From contig CAZHGG010000001.1 in NCBI GenBank assembly GCA_964531755.1, forward strand, positions 4,446 to 42,173: a DNA stretch of 37,728 nt, written 5' to 3'. A program made the translations under genes and the position numbers. The notes below the pieces were generated by a model that saw only the letters and a program-made list of their open reading frames with translations, did no database searches and had not been told where the DNA came from. This DNA comes from an uncultured Polyangiaceae bacterium. Its GTDB lineage: Bacteria; Myxococcota_A; Polyangia; Polyangiales; Polyangiaceae. Numbering within the stretch: the stretch's first letter is position 1; every line of letters begins with the position of its first letter. Shown one piece after another: positions 27,401 through 34,518 of the stretch.

Positions 27401-28109
27401 GATCGGGGTAGCGGTCGGGCTTCATCACGTGGAGCACGTGGGAGAAGTGGTCGTCCGCCTGCTCCTCTTCCTTGGCGACCGCCCAGTCCTTGCCGAGGGT
27501 CTTCTTGGCCGTGTGGACGAACGCCTCCCACTCGCCGTCGCGCTCGAGCTTCAGCTCGTAGTCGGCGACGAGGTTGCTCTTGGAGCAATACCCCAGGCGA
27601 CTCTGCACGAGGCGCAGCACGGCCGAGTGGATGTGCTCGTTGTCGCGGGCCACGCCGCCGATGTCGAACACGACCGCGATGGGATTCACGCGCTTCGCGA
27701 GCGCGTCCCAGGCGAGGACGAGCTCCTGGCGTCGCGGGGAGTCGTCACGCGTGAGCAGCGCCGACCAGAGAGGCGTCCCGTCGGGCAGCACCACACCGTC
27801 GAGCGAGAGCCCGAGCAGCTTGGCGAAGCTCGACTTTCCAGAGCCGAAGAAGCCCGAGATCCACGACGCCGGCAGCTCGGGGCCGCTCTTCTTGGTCAGC
27901 TCCTGCGAGATGCCTTCGAGCAGGTGAACGAACTGCTCGTGAATACCCGACTTCACGCGCCGGCCGCGCGGATCACCCTCGGGGTACCCGCCCGTGATGA
28001 TGTATTCGCTGACCTCCGCCTGGAGCTTGGCTGGGCTCTGCTCGTGGAAGTAGACGACCGGCGGGATGTCCCGGGTCACGTCGGCGACGAACAGGTCTCG
28101 AATCTTCAT
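24459..28109 (-). CDS. brxC: BREX P-loop ATPase BrxC/PglY (DUF499 family).
   Basis: A 1216-aa protein. It starts MKIRDLFVADVTRDIPPVVYFHEQSP, with Walker A at SGFFGSGKSSFAKLLGL and Walker B at LFIVVDEVSQY. It sits directly after brxB with a 28-nt gap. Confidence 0.9.
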   Translation of the reverse strand: MKIRDLFVADVTRDIPPVVYFHEQSPAKLQAEVSEYIITGGYPEGDPRGRRVKSGIHEQFVHLLEGISQELTKKSGPELPASWISGFFGSGKSSFAKLLGLSLDGVVLPDGTPLWSALLTRDDSPRRQELVLAWDALAKRVNPIAVVFDIGGVARDNEHIHSAVLRLVQSRLGYCSKSNLVADYELKLERDGEWEAFVHTAKKTLGKDWAVAKEEEQADDHFSHVLHVMKPDRYPDPMSWIDSRAGSRTGAGTGVREVVEAIDAMIHTREENRSLFIVVDEVSQYVHQDEGRMLKLQSFVSELGQRLKGRVWLFATGQQKLEDQAENNNLGKLKDRFPTHLRVHLGTTNIRDVVHKRLLKKKPELEGTLRDLFQKHRGDLKLYGYQCEDITEEDFVEVYPMLPGHIDLLMQVTSNLRTRSNRMQGDDHAIRGLLQLLGELFREQKLANGEVGALVTIDAIFEVQHSALDADVQTTLSRIFADPKVRDDAFAIRVGKAVALLELIQEQVPTMPALVAACLYSRLGEGNRVQAVTEALEKLRSQSLLSYSEKHGYKIQSSAGQEWQRERDDVGVTQEQISKITQDALKNLVGSSQERPRWKGRTFPWTLWFSDGRQAHDVKLQDAREDSTAAVDFRFLARKEDRTAAAWVPKSDQELYRNRLVWVVGESGAIEDHARQLARSEKLIERYTSRRASLSREKQRLLIEEEARFDELSARVRAAVAESFLEGTAYFRGQQLRPRDAGSAFSTALGTMVTRILPDLYPHFSEIAVSPAELGQLLERELTGPSTKFMDGGLGLLALDAGKYVASCTGLFPTRIAQEIEKNGGLSGQALVAMFVSPPYGYAPDLVKACCAGLLRGKKVRIRPEQGDDITSHQDPGVRDLFTKDRDFRRAELFPAMEGEVTGRDRIAIRRLFQSMLQVDLEPDDEAIADTVFLHFVPTRERLRDLERRMNQLPGRPALPKALQKLDRALEDSYRSRLVQKTVVAVKRNLDVLRDGFEQLGVCSAELTPEAIDTVNEAAQTRDHALSQLRAMEELAGLETDAELVCAHLETERPWRDVAPLGPASARIRARYVEVRGALLNRQNLDADAVTARVKTRAGFAELDADAVHRVLRPIAESLVDTSAEAISPTLVELRDRFASRLHQAEDLANDRLDDELARKAKPAGASPSPVVPVVKVETRLRGREIASRAELKAVLVELEERIGPTLDRGGRVRLT

Positions 28110-28137
28110 GGTCTGCAGTTCCCTACGACGAGCGCGC

Positions 28138-28803
28138 TCATGGATAGATGCGGGGGCGGTAGTCGCGATCGGCGGGCAGCTCGCACATGAACGAGAGCGC
28201 GCTCGTGGTCACGTCCGTTCGCTCTCCGGGGTAGAGGAGCACGACCGGGATGTTCCGCGTCTTGCCGTCGATGTGCTTGAGGAGCGCGGACGAGCGAAAG
28301 AAGGGGTAGAGCGCGCCGGCCCGCCCGAGGAGGACGAGCGTGCGGTCGGCCCTGTCGGGGTATTTCGCCGAGAAGTCCGCGACGAGCTTGGCGACGTCGC
28401 CGGCTATTCCGTCGGGCCCTTCGATGTGGGGAGCGATCTTGTCGCGCAGGTGGGCGAGGGCGCGCTCGGGGTCTTTCTCGTAGAGGCGCCGCTCGCGGCT
28501 CGTGAGGGCGTCGATGTTCGCCTGGCCCGTGGCTCGAATTCGGTCCAACAGGAGCTTCTGGAGGGAGATGGGGAGCACGCCCCAGCCTTCGGCGCGGAGC
28601 TTGTCGGTCAGGCGGCGTATGAGCTGACGGAGCTTGAACTCGTCTTTCGGGCGATACGGCAAGATCGCAAAGCGGTAGTTCCGCATCGTGCTGATCTGCG
28701 GCCCCTCGGGGGCGAGCAGATCGCGCTCGAGCGCGGCGACCGCTGCTTCGAGGGACTCGTGGAGGGCGCCAGGCTGGCCACGCGATGAAGAGCTCTCGGT
28801 CAT
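28138..28803 (-). CDS. brxB: BREX protein BrxB (DUF1788).
   Basis: The internal ATG at 28803 overlaps the brxA stop (ATGA). The 221-aa product carries ISTMRNYRFAILPYRPKDEFKLRQLIRRL and LVLLGRAGALYPFFRSSALLKHIDGKTRNIPVVLLYPGE, the DUF1788 pattern as I recall it. Confidence 0.82.
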   Translation of the reverse strand: MTESSSSRGQPGALHESLEAAVAALERDLLAPEGPQISTMRNYRFAILPYRPKDEFKLRQLIRRLTDKLRAEGWGVLPISLQKLLLDRIRATGQANIDALTSRERRLYEKDPERALAHLRDKIAPHIEGPDGIAGDVAKLVADFSAKYPDRADRTLVLLGRAGALYPFFRSSALLKHIDGKTRNIPVVLLYPGERTDVTTSALSFMCELPADRDYRPRIYP

Positions 28804-29612
28804 AGGGTGGCCTTCGCCCAGTCGGTGAGGCCTGCGGCCTCCCAGTCGAGCTCGGTGAGGTGGGCCATGCGGCGGAAGGTGATGCCTTCGAGCGAGCGGA
28901 GCCTCTGGTCGAGAAAGCCCTCGGTCAGCCCCACCGACGCAAGATAGGGATTTTCGGTGAGCGTGCCCGAGAACCGGAGGCCTCGCAGCAGGTGAAGCAA
29001 GTAGCCGAGCGCGAGATCGGGCACCTTGGGGACGAGGAGGAGCCGTGCCCCACGCCCCGCGGAGAGGAGCCCCGCCTCGGACGCGGCGGACATCAGCTTG
29101 CTTGCGAACTGCACACAGGTGGCCTCCGACCAGCGGCCGGGAAATTCGTTCTTCACCCACCGAAGCACGGTGTCGCGGTCGAGCGGACGCGAAGCGAGAT
29201 CGACGAGGCGCCGCTCGAGGAGCAGCTCCCCGGTGAATCGGCGATAGAGCGGGTCCGAGAGCTGCAAGTGCCAGTGGCAGATGGCCTGCCTCGTGGGCAT
29301 GTCCATCCCACGCCACCGGCGAAGGACCTCGAGCGCTTCGGGGAACGGATCGTAGCGTACGGCGAAGCTCTGGAGCAGAAACCGGACACGCTCGAGGCTC
29401 TTGCTGCCGAACCACCGCTCCTCGAACGCCACGAGGGCGCGGTCCGCCGAGGGGATCGAGGGATCGACGTGCTCCCAGTACCTCCGAGATTCCTCGATCC
29501 CGAGGGCGAGCCGCAGGATGCGCGTGTGGACGGCGGTAGCCTCGGACGGACGCTCGGCGTGTCCGGCGCCTTCGCGGTCCTTGTTCAATGCAGCGGCCCC
29601 CACCCTCTTCAA
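28800..29612 (-). CDS. brxA: BREX protein BrxA-like (DUF1819-like).
   Basis: The call rests mainly on position, immediately upstream of brxB with a 4-nt overlap, and on an all-helical composition. At 270 aa it is longer than a typical BrxA. The start is ambiguous: TTG at 29612 or GTG at 29603. Confidence 0.65.
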   Translation of the reverse strand: MKRVGAAALNKDREGAGHAERPSEATAVHTRILRLALGIEESRRYWEHVDPSIPSADRALVAFEERWFGSKSLERVRFLLQSFAVRYDPFPEALEVLRRWRGMDMPTRQAICHWHLQLSDPLYRRFTGELLLERRLVDLASRPLDRDTVLRWVKNEFPGRWSEATCVQFASKLMSAASEAGLLSAGRGARLLLVPKVPDLALGYLLHLLRGLRFSGTLTENPYLASVGLTEGFLDQRLRSLEGITFRRMAHLTELDWEAAGLTDWAKATL

Positions 29613-29616
29613 GCGA

Positions 29617-30207
29617 TCACTCCTCCAGCTTGAAGTAGGGCAAGGGGTAGTGTTCAGCGAGTGGCACCAGCGCGGCGGCCAAATTCTTCACCTGGACGTC
29701 GAGGGCTTCGGGGCGCGCGCCGAGACCGCGAGTGAGCTGCCGCCCGTTGGGCACCGTGGTGAAGGCCGGGGAGTTTGCCTGCCCCGCGAGGGCCGCGACG
29801 AGCTTCTTGCGCACAGCAGGCGAGAAATCGGCGTCAAGACGGACCGGAAGCGAGAGGGCCTTCTCCGGTGGACGGCCCGAGCGCTTGTGGGCCGCGAGGC
29901 GATCGGCGAGCTGCTCGTCTGCTTCGAAGCCCAGAAAGTACAAAGAGCGCATCTTGTCGGGATCGGCCATCCTGCCGCGCGCCTTCGCGTCGGTACGCCG
30001 AGCGGCCTCACGGACTGCCTCGAGTGAAGCCCACGCGTGCGTCTGGGGCAGGAGCCGCGCCAAGAAATCTCCGCCTCCCGCCTCGTCGATGAGGTCGGTA
30101 TCCCACCAGCCGAGGCGGCGCGGCGTGCACCGGCCCTCACCAGCCCACGCGACCGTGAGCTGGAGCGCGAGGATCGCGTCGAGGGTCTCGTCGGAAATGG
30201 GCGTCAT
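29617..30207 (-). CDS. brxE: First gene of the BREX operon; putative BrxE (BREX type-6-specific protein).
   Basis: A 196-aa ORF with ATG at 30207, ending 4 nt before brxA. The assignment is positional, since type 6 is defined by an extra gene upstream of brxA. I cannot verify a BrxE sequence signature from memory. Confidence 0.5.
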   Translation of the reverse strand: MTPISDETLDAILALQLTVAWAGEGRCTPRRLGWWDTDLIDEAGGGDFLARLLPQTHAWASLEAVREAARRTDAKARGRMADPDKMRSLYFLGFEADEQLADRLAAHKRSGRPPEKALSLPVRLDADFSPAVRKKLVAALAGQANSPAFTTVPNGRQLTRGLGARPEALDVQVKNLAAALVPLAEHYPLPYFKLEE

Positions 30208-30236
30208 CGGGCGAGGAGCCTACGCCCTCCTTGGCG

Positions 30237-30836
30237 ATGGGAACAAGGCTCGAGTCGGTTCGCACCGGATCCCCGCAGCCGGTGTGTGCGCTGTGGTACC
30301 TTCGCCCCGTGGGGACGCGCGACGAGTGGAACGAGCTGGTCGGGAGCTTGGGCGAGACCGATCGCACGCGAAGCCCACGCTTCCCGGAATTTTACGTGCT
30401 CGCCGTTCGCGATGGGGCGAAGTTCCTGGCGTCGTTTCGGGCGAGCCTGGGCGACGAGCGGATCCACGATCTCATCCACGACGTCCTCGCCGACGCCGAC
30501 ACCATCCTCCGGGCCGATACGCCCCGCGCCCTCTTCTATACGGCGCTCAAGCGGCGCGCCATCTCCTGGAAGCGCCGCGGGGACGCGCCGGTCGTCGAGA
30601 CTCCGCCCGTCGAGGTCGCGACCGAGCACGCACACGCCGTGGAGGCGCGGCGCGCGTTCGTGCTCGACGCTCAGGCTGCGTTCGACGCCCTCCCCGATCG
30701 CGAGCGCCTGATCGTGGCGGCGGCCGCGCTCGGCGAAGACCGCGAGACCATCGCTCGCGACCTCCGGACCACGCGCGCGAACGTGGATCAGATCGTGAGC
30801 CGCGCGCGAAAGCGCTTCCGGGAGGGTGGCCCGTGA
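30237..30836 (+). CDS. ECF-like sigma-70 family RNA polymerase sigma factor.
   Basis: Region 2-like: FPEFYVLAVRDGAKFLASFRASLGDERIHDLIHDVL. Region 4.2-like: LPDRERLIVAAAALGEDRETIARDLRTTRANVDQIVSRARKRFRE. The start is uncertain among TTG 30231, ATG 30237, and GTG 30282 or 30309. It is divergent from brxE. Confidence 0.75.
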   Translation: MGTRLESVRTGSPQPVCALWYLRPVGTRDEWNELVGSLGETDRTRSPRFPEFYVLAVRDGAKFLASFRASLGDERIHDLIHDVLADADTILRADTPRALFYTALKRRAISWKRRGDAPVVETPPVEVATEHAHAVEARRAFVLDAQAAFDALPDRERLIVAAAALGEDRETIARDLRTTRANVDQIVSRARKRFREGGP

Positions 30837-31603
30837 AGCTCCCCAGCCGAGACATGCGACTTGCCGGCGGGCTCGTCTGCCCCGCGCGCGCGATCGACCG
30901 CGCGGCGTGGCTCGAGCATGTGGTCAAGCACCCCCTCGGCGTGAACGCCATCGCGCGCAACTCGGGCCGCGATCCGTGGAACCTCGAAGGGTGGGACCGC
31001 CTGAGCCCCCCCGTCGTCACCCAGGCCCAGCGCGACGAAGTGCTCCGTGGCATCGCGAGTCTGCGTGAGGAGAAGCTTCGGTGCGAGGTCCCCGAGCTTC
31101 GGGGCAAAAAGTCCGGCTCGGAACCCGATCGCCTCGCGTGTCGAAAGTGCGTCGTGCCGATCGTCTCGCGCTGCGAGAAGCTCCTCGACGCCGACGATGG
31201 TGTGGGAAGCCGGTATGCTTCGGTGACCGAAGAGCTGCTCGGCGCGCTCGAGGAGGGGCAGGGCGTGGTGATCGCCCCGGCGAGCTTCCACGAAGCGATC
31301 CAACGGCTCTGGCGAGCCCCCGAGCGCCTCGCGGGCTTGGTCGTCCTCACGATTGGGCTCGACCGCGCGTGCGCCGCCGTGCCCATCGCGAGGATCAGTC
31401 GAGCGGACGGGGTGCGCGCCGAGCTCTACTTCGAGGAGCCGAACCGACTCCGTTGGCGGACGGCGTACCGCAACGCGGCCCTGACGAGGACCGGTCCTCA
31501 GATCGTGAGCTTCGTCGGGGAGGTGGCGCGACCGTCTCCCGGACTCGCGTTGTCAGATCTCTGCGTGGTGCCGCGTCGTTGGTGGGAGGCACATGGCATC
31601 TGA
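30833..31603 (+). CDS. Hypothetical cytoplasmic protein; an anti-sigma or adaptor role is possible but unsupported.
   Basis: The GTG at 30833 overlaps the sigma-gene TGA (GTGA). GC3 is high. No transmembrane segment is evident. A Cys cluster, RCEVPEL...ACRKCVVPIVSRC, is present. This is the 3' part of the 623-aa track ORF, whose upstream part I reject. Confidence 0.55.
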   Translation: MKLPSRDMRLAGGLVCPARAIDRAAWLEHVVKHPLGVNAIARNSGRDPWNLEGWDRLSPPVVTQAQRDEVLRGIASLREEKLRCEVPELRGKKSGSEPDRLACRKCVVPIVSRCEKLLDADDGVGSRYASVTEELLGALEEGQGVVIAPASFHEAIQRLWRAPERLAGLVVLTIGLDRACAAVPIARISRADGVRAELYFEEPNRLRWRTAYRNAALTRTGPQIVSFVGEVARPSPGLALSDLCVVPRRWWEAHGI

Positions 31604-32726
31604 TCTTTACGGCATCGCCGTACGTGACACGAACGCGGCCCTTCGCGGGGTCGAGCGCGACCTCTCCCGGGCCGTCGAAAACGCGGAATGGCTGCAAATT
31701 CCGCTCGCCCGCGTCGGCGATGCCTTGCGCCTCGGGCTCGAGCTCTCGCGCCCTTTGCGCGCGTGGCTCGGAGGCCTCGCGCCGGAGGAGCTCAAGGGCG
31801 CGCTCGCGAGCATGACCGAAGAAGCCGCCTCGTGGAGCCTGCCCACGCGGCCCGTTGGCGAGGACGAAGATCCGATCTTGACCACCGTCCTCCGGCGCCG
31901 CGACGAGGCCGAGAGCCTTCGCGCGGCCGTGCGTCGGGCCGCCCAACCGAAGGGGCATGTCGCCCAGAGCTGGTCCGAATACGTCGCCCTCTCTGCGGCG
32001 CTGTCGACGGCGGACGACGGGATTCGTCGCGTGGTTACGCGCGCCCGGGTCACGGAGCTTCTCGGCGCGCGCGCCGCGATGCGGCCGACCTGGGCCGACG
32101 CGTTCGACGAAGAGCCCGACGAGGAGCCTTCCACCGACGAGGGCGACCTGCCCCTCGGCGTGGCCGCCACCGTTCGCCTCGCCGACGAGGACATCGCGCG
32201 CTACGTGACGCGAGGAGCGCTCTCGCGCCTGGTCGAAGGCATGGCAGCGGCCAATGGGCAGTTCGCCGAGGAGCTCGCCGAGTGCATCGACGGCCTCCTC
32301 GAGGCGCGCGAGGAGGTCGCCTGGGTCGCTCGAAGGTGGCGAAAGGCTGCGCCGATTCGCTGCGAGAGGGACCCTCTCGTCCTCCGCTCCGTGCCCGCCG
32401 TGCGGTTGGCCGCGGCCTCGGCCCCGGTGGTCTCGTCCGAGGCGACGCTCGTTCATCTCTGGACGCTCTCCCCACTCGACGCGGAAGCATGTGTCGAGCT
32501 GACGCCGCGCGAGGTGGTGCTCGTCGTGTTTCCCGGGGAAGACCCCCTCCTCCGCTTGGAGCTCGCGGATCGCGTTTGTACGGCGGCGGACGAAGACGGC
32601 GTGTGGCGAGTGAGGCTCGCCCTGCCGTCCGGACCGGTGACGGTTCGCGTGGTCGGCGCCGACGGCCGCGTGTTCGCGTCGGAGCTTGGCTTCGCAAACG
32701 CCGATCCGTCCGATGAAGCGGAGTGA
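31593..32726 (+). CDS. Hypothetical protein (377 aa) with an acidic central linker and a beta-rich C-terminus.
   Basis: ATG at 31593 overlaps the upstream gene by 11 nt. The frame has consistently high GC3. I recognise no motif. Confidence 0.6.
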   Translation: MASDLYGIAVRDTNAALRGVERDLSRAVENAEWLQIPLARVGDALRLGLELSRPLRAWLGGLAPEELKGALASMTEEAASWSLPTRPVGEDEDPILTTVLRRRDEAESLRAAVRRAAQPKGHVAQSWSEYVALSAALSTADDGIRRVVTRARVTELLGARAAMRPTWADAFDEEPDEEPSTDEGDLPLGVAATVRLADEDIARYVTRGALSRLVEGMAAANGQFAEELAECIDGLLEAREEVAWVARRWRKAAPIRCERDPLVLRSVPAVRLAAASAPVVSSEATLVHLWTLSPLDAEACVELTPREVVLVVFPGEDPLLRLELADRVCTAADEDGVWRVRLALPSGPVTVRVVGADGRVFASELGFANADPSDEAE

Positions 32727-34461
32727 CTTCGAGGCTCGACTCCGCGAGCTGAAGCGCCTCCCGCGGGGCTCCGCGAGAGCGAAGATGTTCGTGAGCGATC
32801 TCGAGCGAGCCGCGCCCGACATGGCCCACGCGCTCCGCGAGGAGCTGAGGCGCGTGGCTGCGGAGCATGGCCTCGGCGGGGGCGCGATCTTCGCGAAGCC
32901 GCTGGGTGTCGGCGAGAGTTGGCTCTTGCTGTTCGAGCCCCCCAAGCAGGGCCATGTCTTTCGCCTTCGGGCCTCCTTCGAGCCCGGCGGGAAAGAGGGA
33001 CGCCTCGAGGCCGAGATCCGTCGCGCCTATCGGGGCCTCGTCGCCAGCGCGGCGAAGGTCGGCCGGCACCTCGACCACCGGGTGCCCCCCGTCGTCACGA
33101 TGGACGCCCCGACGCTGGCTCACTTCGAGATCGAGGGGAGCTCGCTGGGGCTCAGCGTGGCCATCGCGGCGCTGTCGGCGGCCACGTTGCGCGCCCCGGA
33201 CTCGCGGGTAGCCGCTTCGGCTCAGGTACGGGATGACGGCAGGTTGGCGCCCGTCGAGCACCTCGCGCCGAAGCTCGAGGCGCTTCGTCAGGCCCACCCC
33301 GAAGTCGAGCGAGTGCTCGTGGCCGCGGGGCAAGACACGCGCGACTACCACGGGCCGCTCGAGATCGTGCCCGCGCACCATCTGGTCGACGCGATGTCTC
33401 CGTGTGGGCTCACGTTCGACTCGCTCCCCGAGGCACGACTCGACAGCTTCCGTGAACGAATCGAGCGTTTCGCCAGCGAGAATGGCCACCCGCACGGTGT
33501 CGATGACTGGAAGCGCCTCTCGCTCGAGGCGTGGGAGACCGCGAAGGTGCTCGAGCCCCACGAGCCCGCGCGGGCGGGCGCGGCGCTGGCTTTCGCTGCC
33601 CGCTTCGCCGTCCACGCGGGCGAGCCAGAGGGGGCTACGACGCTCCTCCGCGAGGCCCCGACTCTGGACGTCGACGCCTATCCCGAGCTCCACGCCTGCC
33701 GCCTCATCGCGCGCGCCACGAGCGCGATCGACCTGGACGATCCCGCCCACGCGTGGGCGCTGGCCGCCGAGGCCGTCGCCGCATGCGAAGCGCTCGGAGG
33801 CAGCGACCGCCGCGAGCTGCTCGGTCAGGCCTATGGCACGTTGGGGCGAGCGATCCTCCACGCCGGATCTCCCGCGGAAGCGGAAGGCCCTCTGCGTAAG
33901 GGCATGGACCACCATGCGAGGGTGTGCCCGGCGGAGGCCCCCCGCTCGGGCTGCTACCTCGCCACCTGCCTGCGCAGGATGGGACGGCTCGAGGATGCAG
34001 CGCAAATCGTGGATGCGGCGCTCGAAGCCTTGAAGCCCGAACGCTGGGATCTCCACGTGACGACGAAGAACTACCTGCATCTGGAACGCGCGCGGATCTT
34101 CTCGGAGTCCAACGACTCAGCGGCCGCCATTGGCGCCTTCGAGCTCGTCTGCCGGGCACAGAGTCGAGACTCGAGCTATCCGCGCCTCGGCGCGCTTCGA
34201 GGTTTAGCGAGCGCGTATCGCCTGGCGGGCGAGCTTGCGCGGGCCGACGAAGCGCTCCGCGCCTGTCTGGCCGTCGGGCGCGCCGCCGGGACCCCTCGCA
34301 CCATCGCGCGAGTGGCTGCGATTCCTGCGGGCGAGCTGCTCGTCTCGGACGCGCGCACGTCGGTCGACCGCGCCGATCTCGAGCAGGTGTGGCGGGTAGC
34401 GTTCGGCCCGGACTTGTCGCCCGACGGAATCCGCGAACGACTGAGGACCTGGATCTACTGA
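32713..34461 (+). CDS. Lon-like (peptidase S16) serine protease domain fused to C-terminal TPR-like repeats.
   Basis: ATG at 32713 overlaps the upstream gene by 14 nt. FEIEGSSLGLSVAIAALSAATLRAPDSRVAASAQVRDDGRLAPVEHLAPKLEALRQAHPEVERVLVAAGQ aligns by eye to E. coli Lon DGPSAGIAMCTALVSCLTG...[37 protein letters not shown]. The Ser (S144, 33142-33144) and Lys (K187, 33271-33273) fall at the dyad positions. The C-terminal half (about 33500-34440) is Ala/Leu-rich and TPR-like. Confidence 0.72.
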   Translation: MKRSDFEARLRELKRLPRGSARAKMFVSDLERAAPDMAHALREELRRVAAEHGLGGGAIFAKPLGVGESWLLLFEPPKQGHVFRLRASFEPGGKEGRLEAEIRRAYRGLVASAAKVGRHLDHRVPPVVTMDAPTLAHFEIEGSSLGLSVAIAALSAATLRAPDSRVAASAQVRDDGRLAPVEHLAPKLEALRQAHPEVERVLVAAGQDTRDYHGPLEIVPAHHLVDAMSPCGLTFDSLPEARLDSFRERIERFASENGHPHGVDDWKRLSLEAWETAKVLEPHEPARAGAALAFAARFAVHAGEPEGATTLLREAPTLDVDAYPELHACRLIARATSAIDLDDPAHAWALAAEAVAACEALGGSDRRELLGQAYGTLGRAILHAGSPAEAEGPLRKGMDHHARVCPAEAPRSGCYLATCLRRMGRLEDAAQIVDAALEALKPERWDLHVTTKNYLHLERARIFSESNDSAAAIGAFELVCRAQSRDSSYPRLGALRGLASAYRLAGELARADEALRACLAVGRAAGTPRTIARVAAIPAGELLVSDARTSVDRADLEQVWRVAFGPDLSPDGIRERLRTWIY

Positions 34462-34518
34462 TCCGGCTGGAATCGGAGCCAGGACGTCAGAAACCCTCGG
34501 CTCGCACGTCGTGTGGGA

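Noticed and set aside
28804-29415. The N-terminal 204 codons of the 425-aa track ORF containing brxB.
   Set aside because: This stretch lies inside brxA in a different frame and is Arg/Pro/Ala-rich. The internal ATG at 28803 gives a BrxB of typical size with an ATGA overlap.
29732-30832. The upstream 367 codons of the 623-aa plus-strand ORF 29732..31603.
   Set aside because: This part runs antisense through brxE and off-frame through the sigma gene, and its translation is Arg/Ser/Pro-rich. Only the part from the GTG at 30833, which overlaps the sigma stop, is kept.
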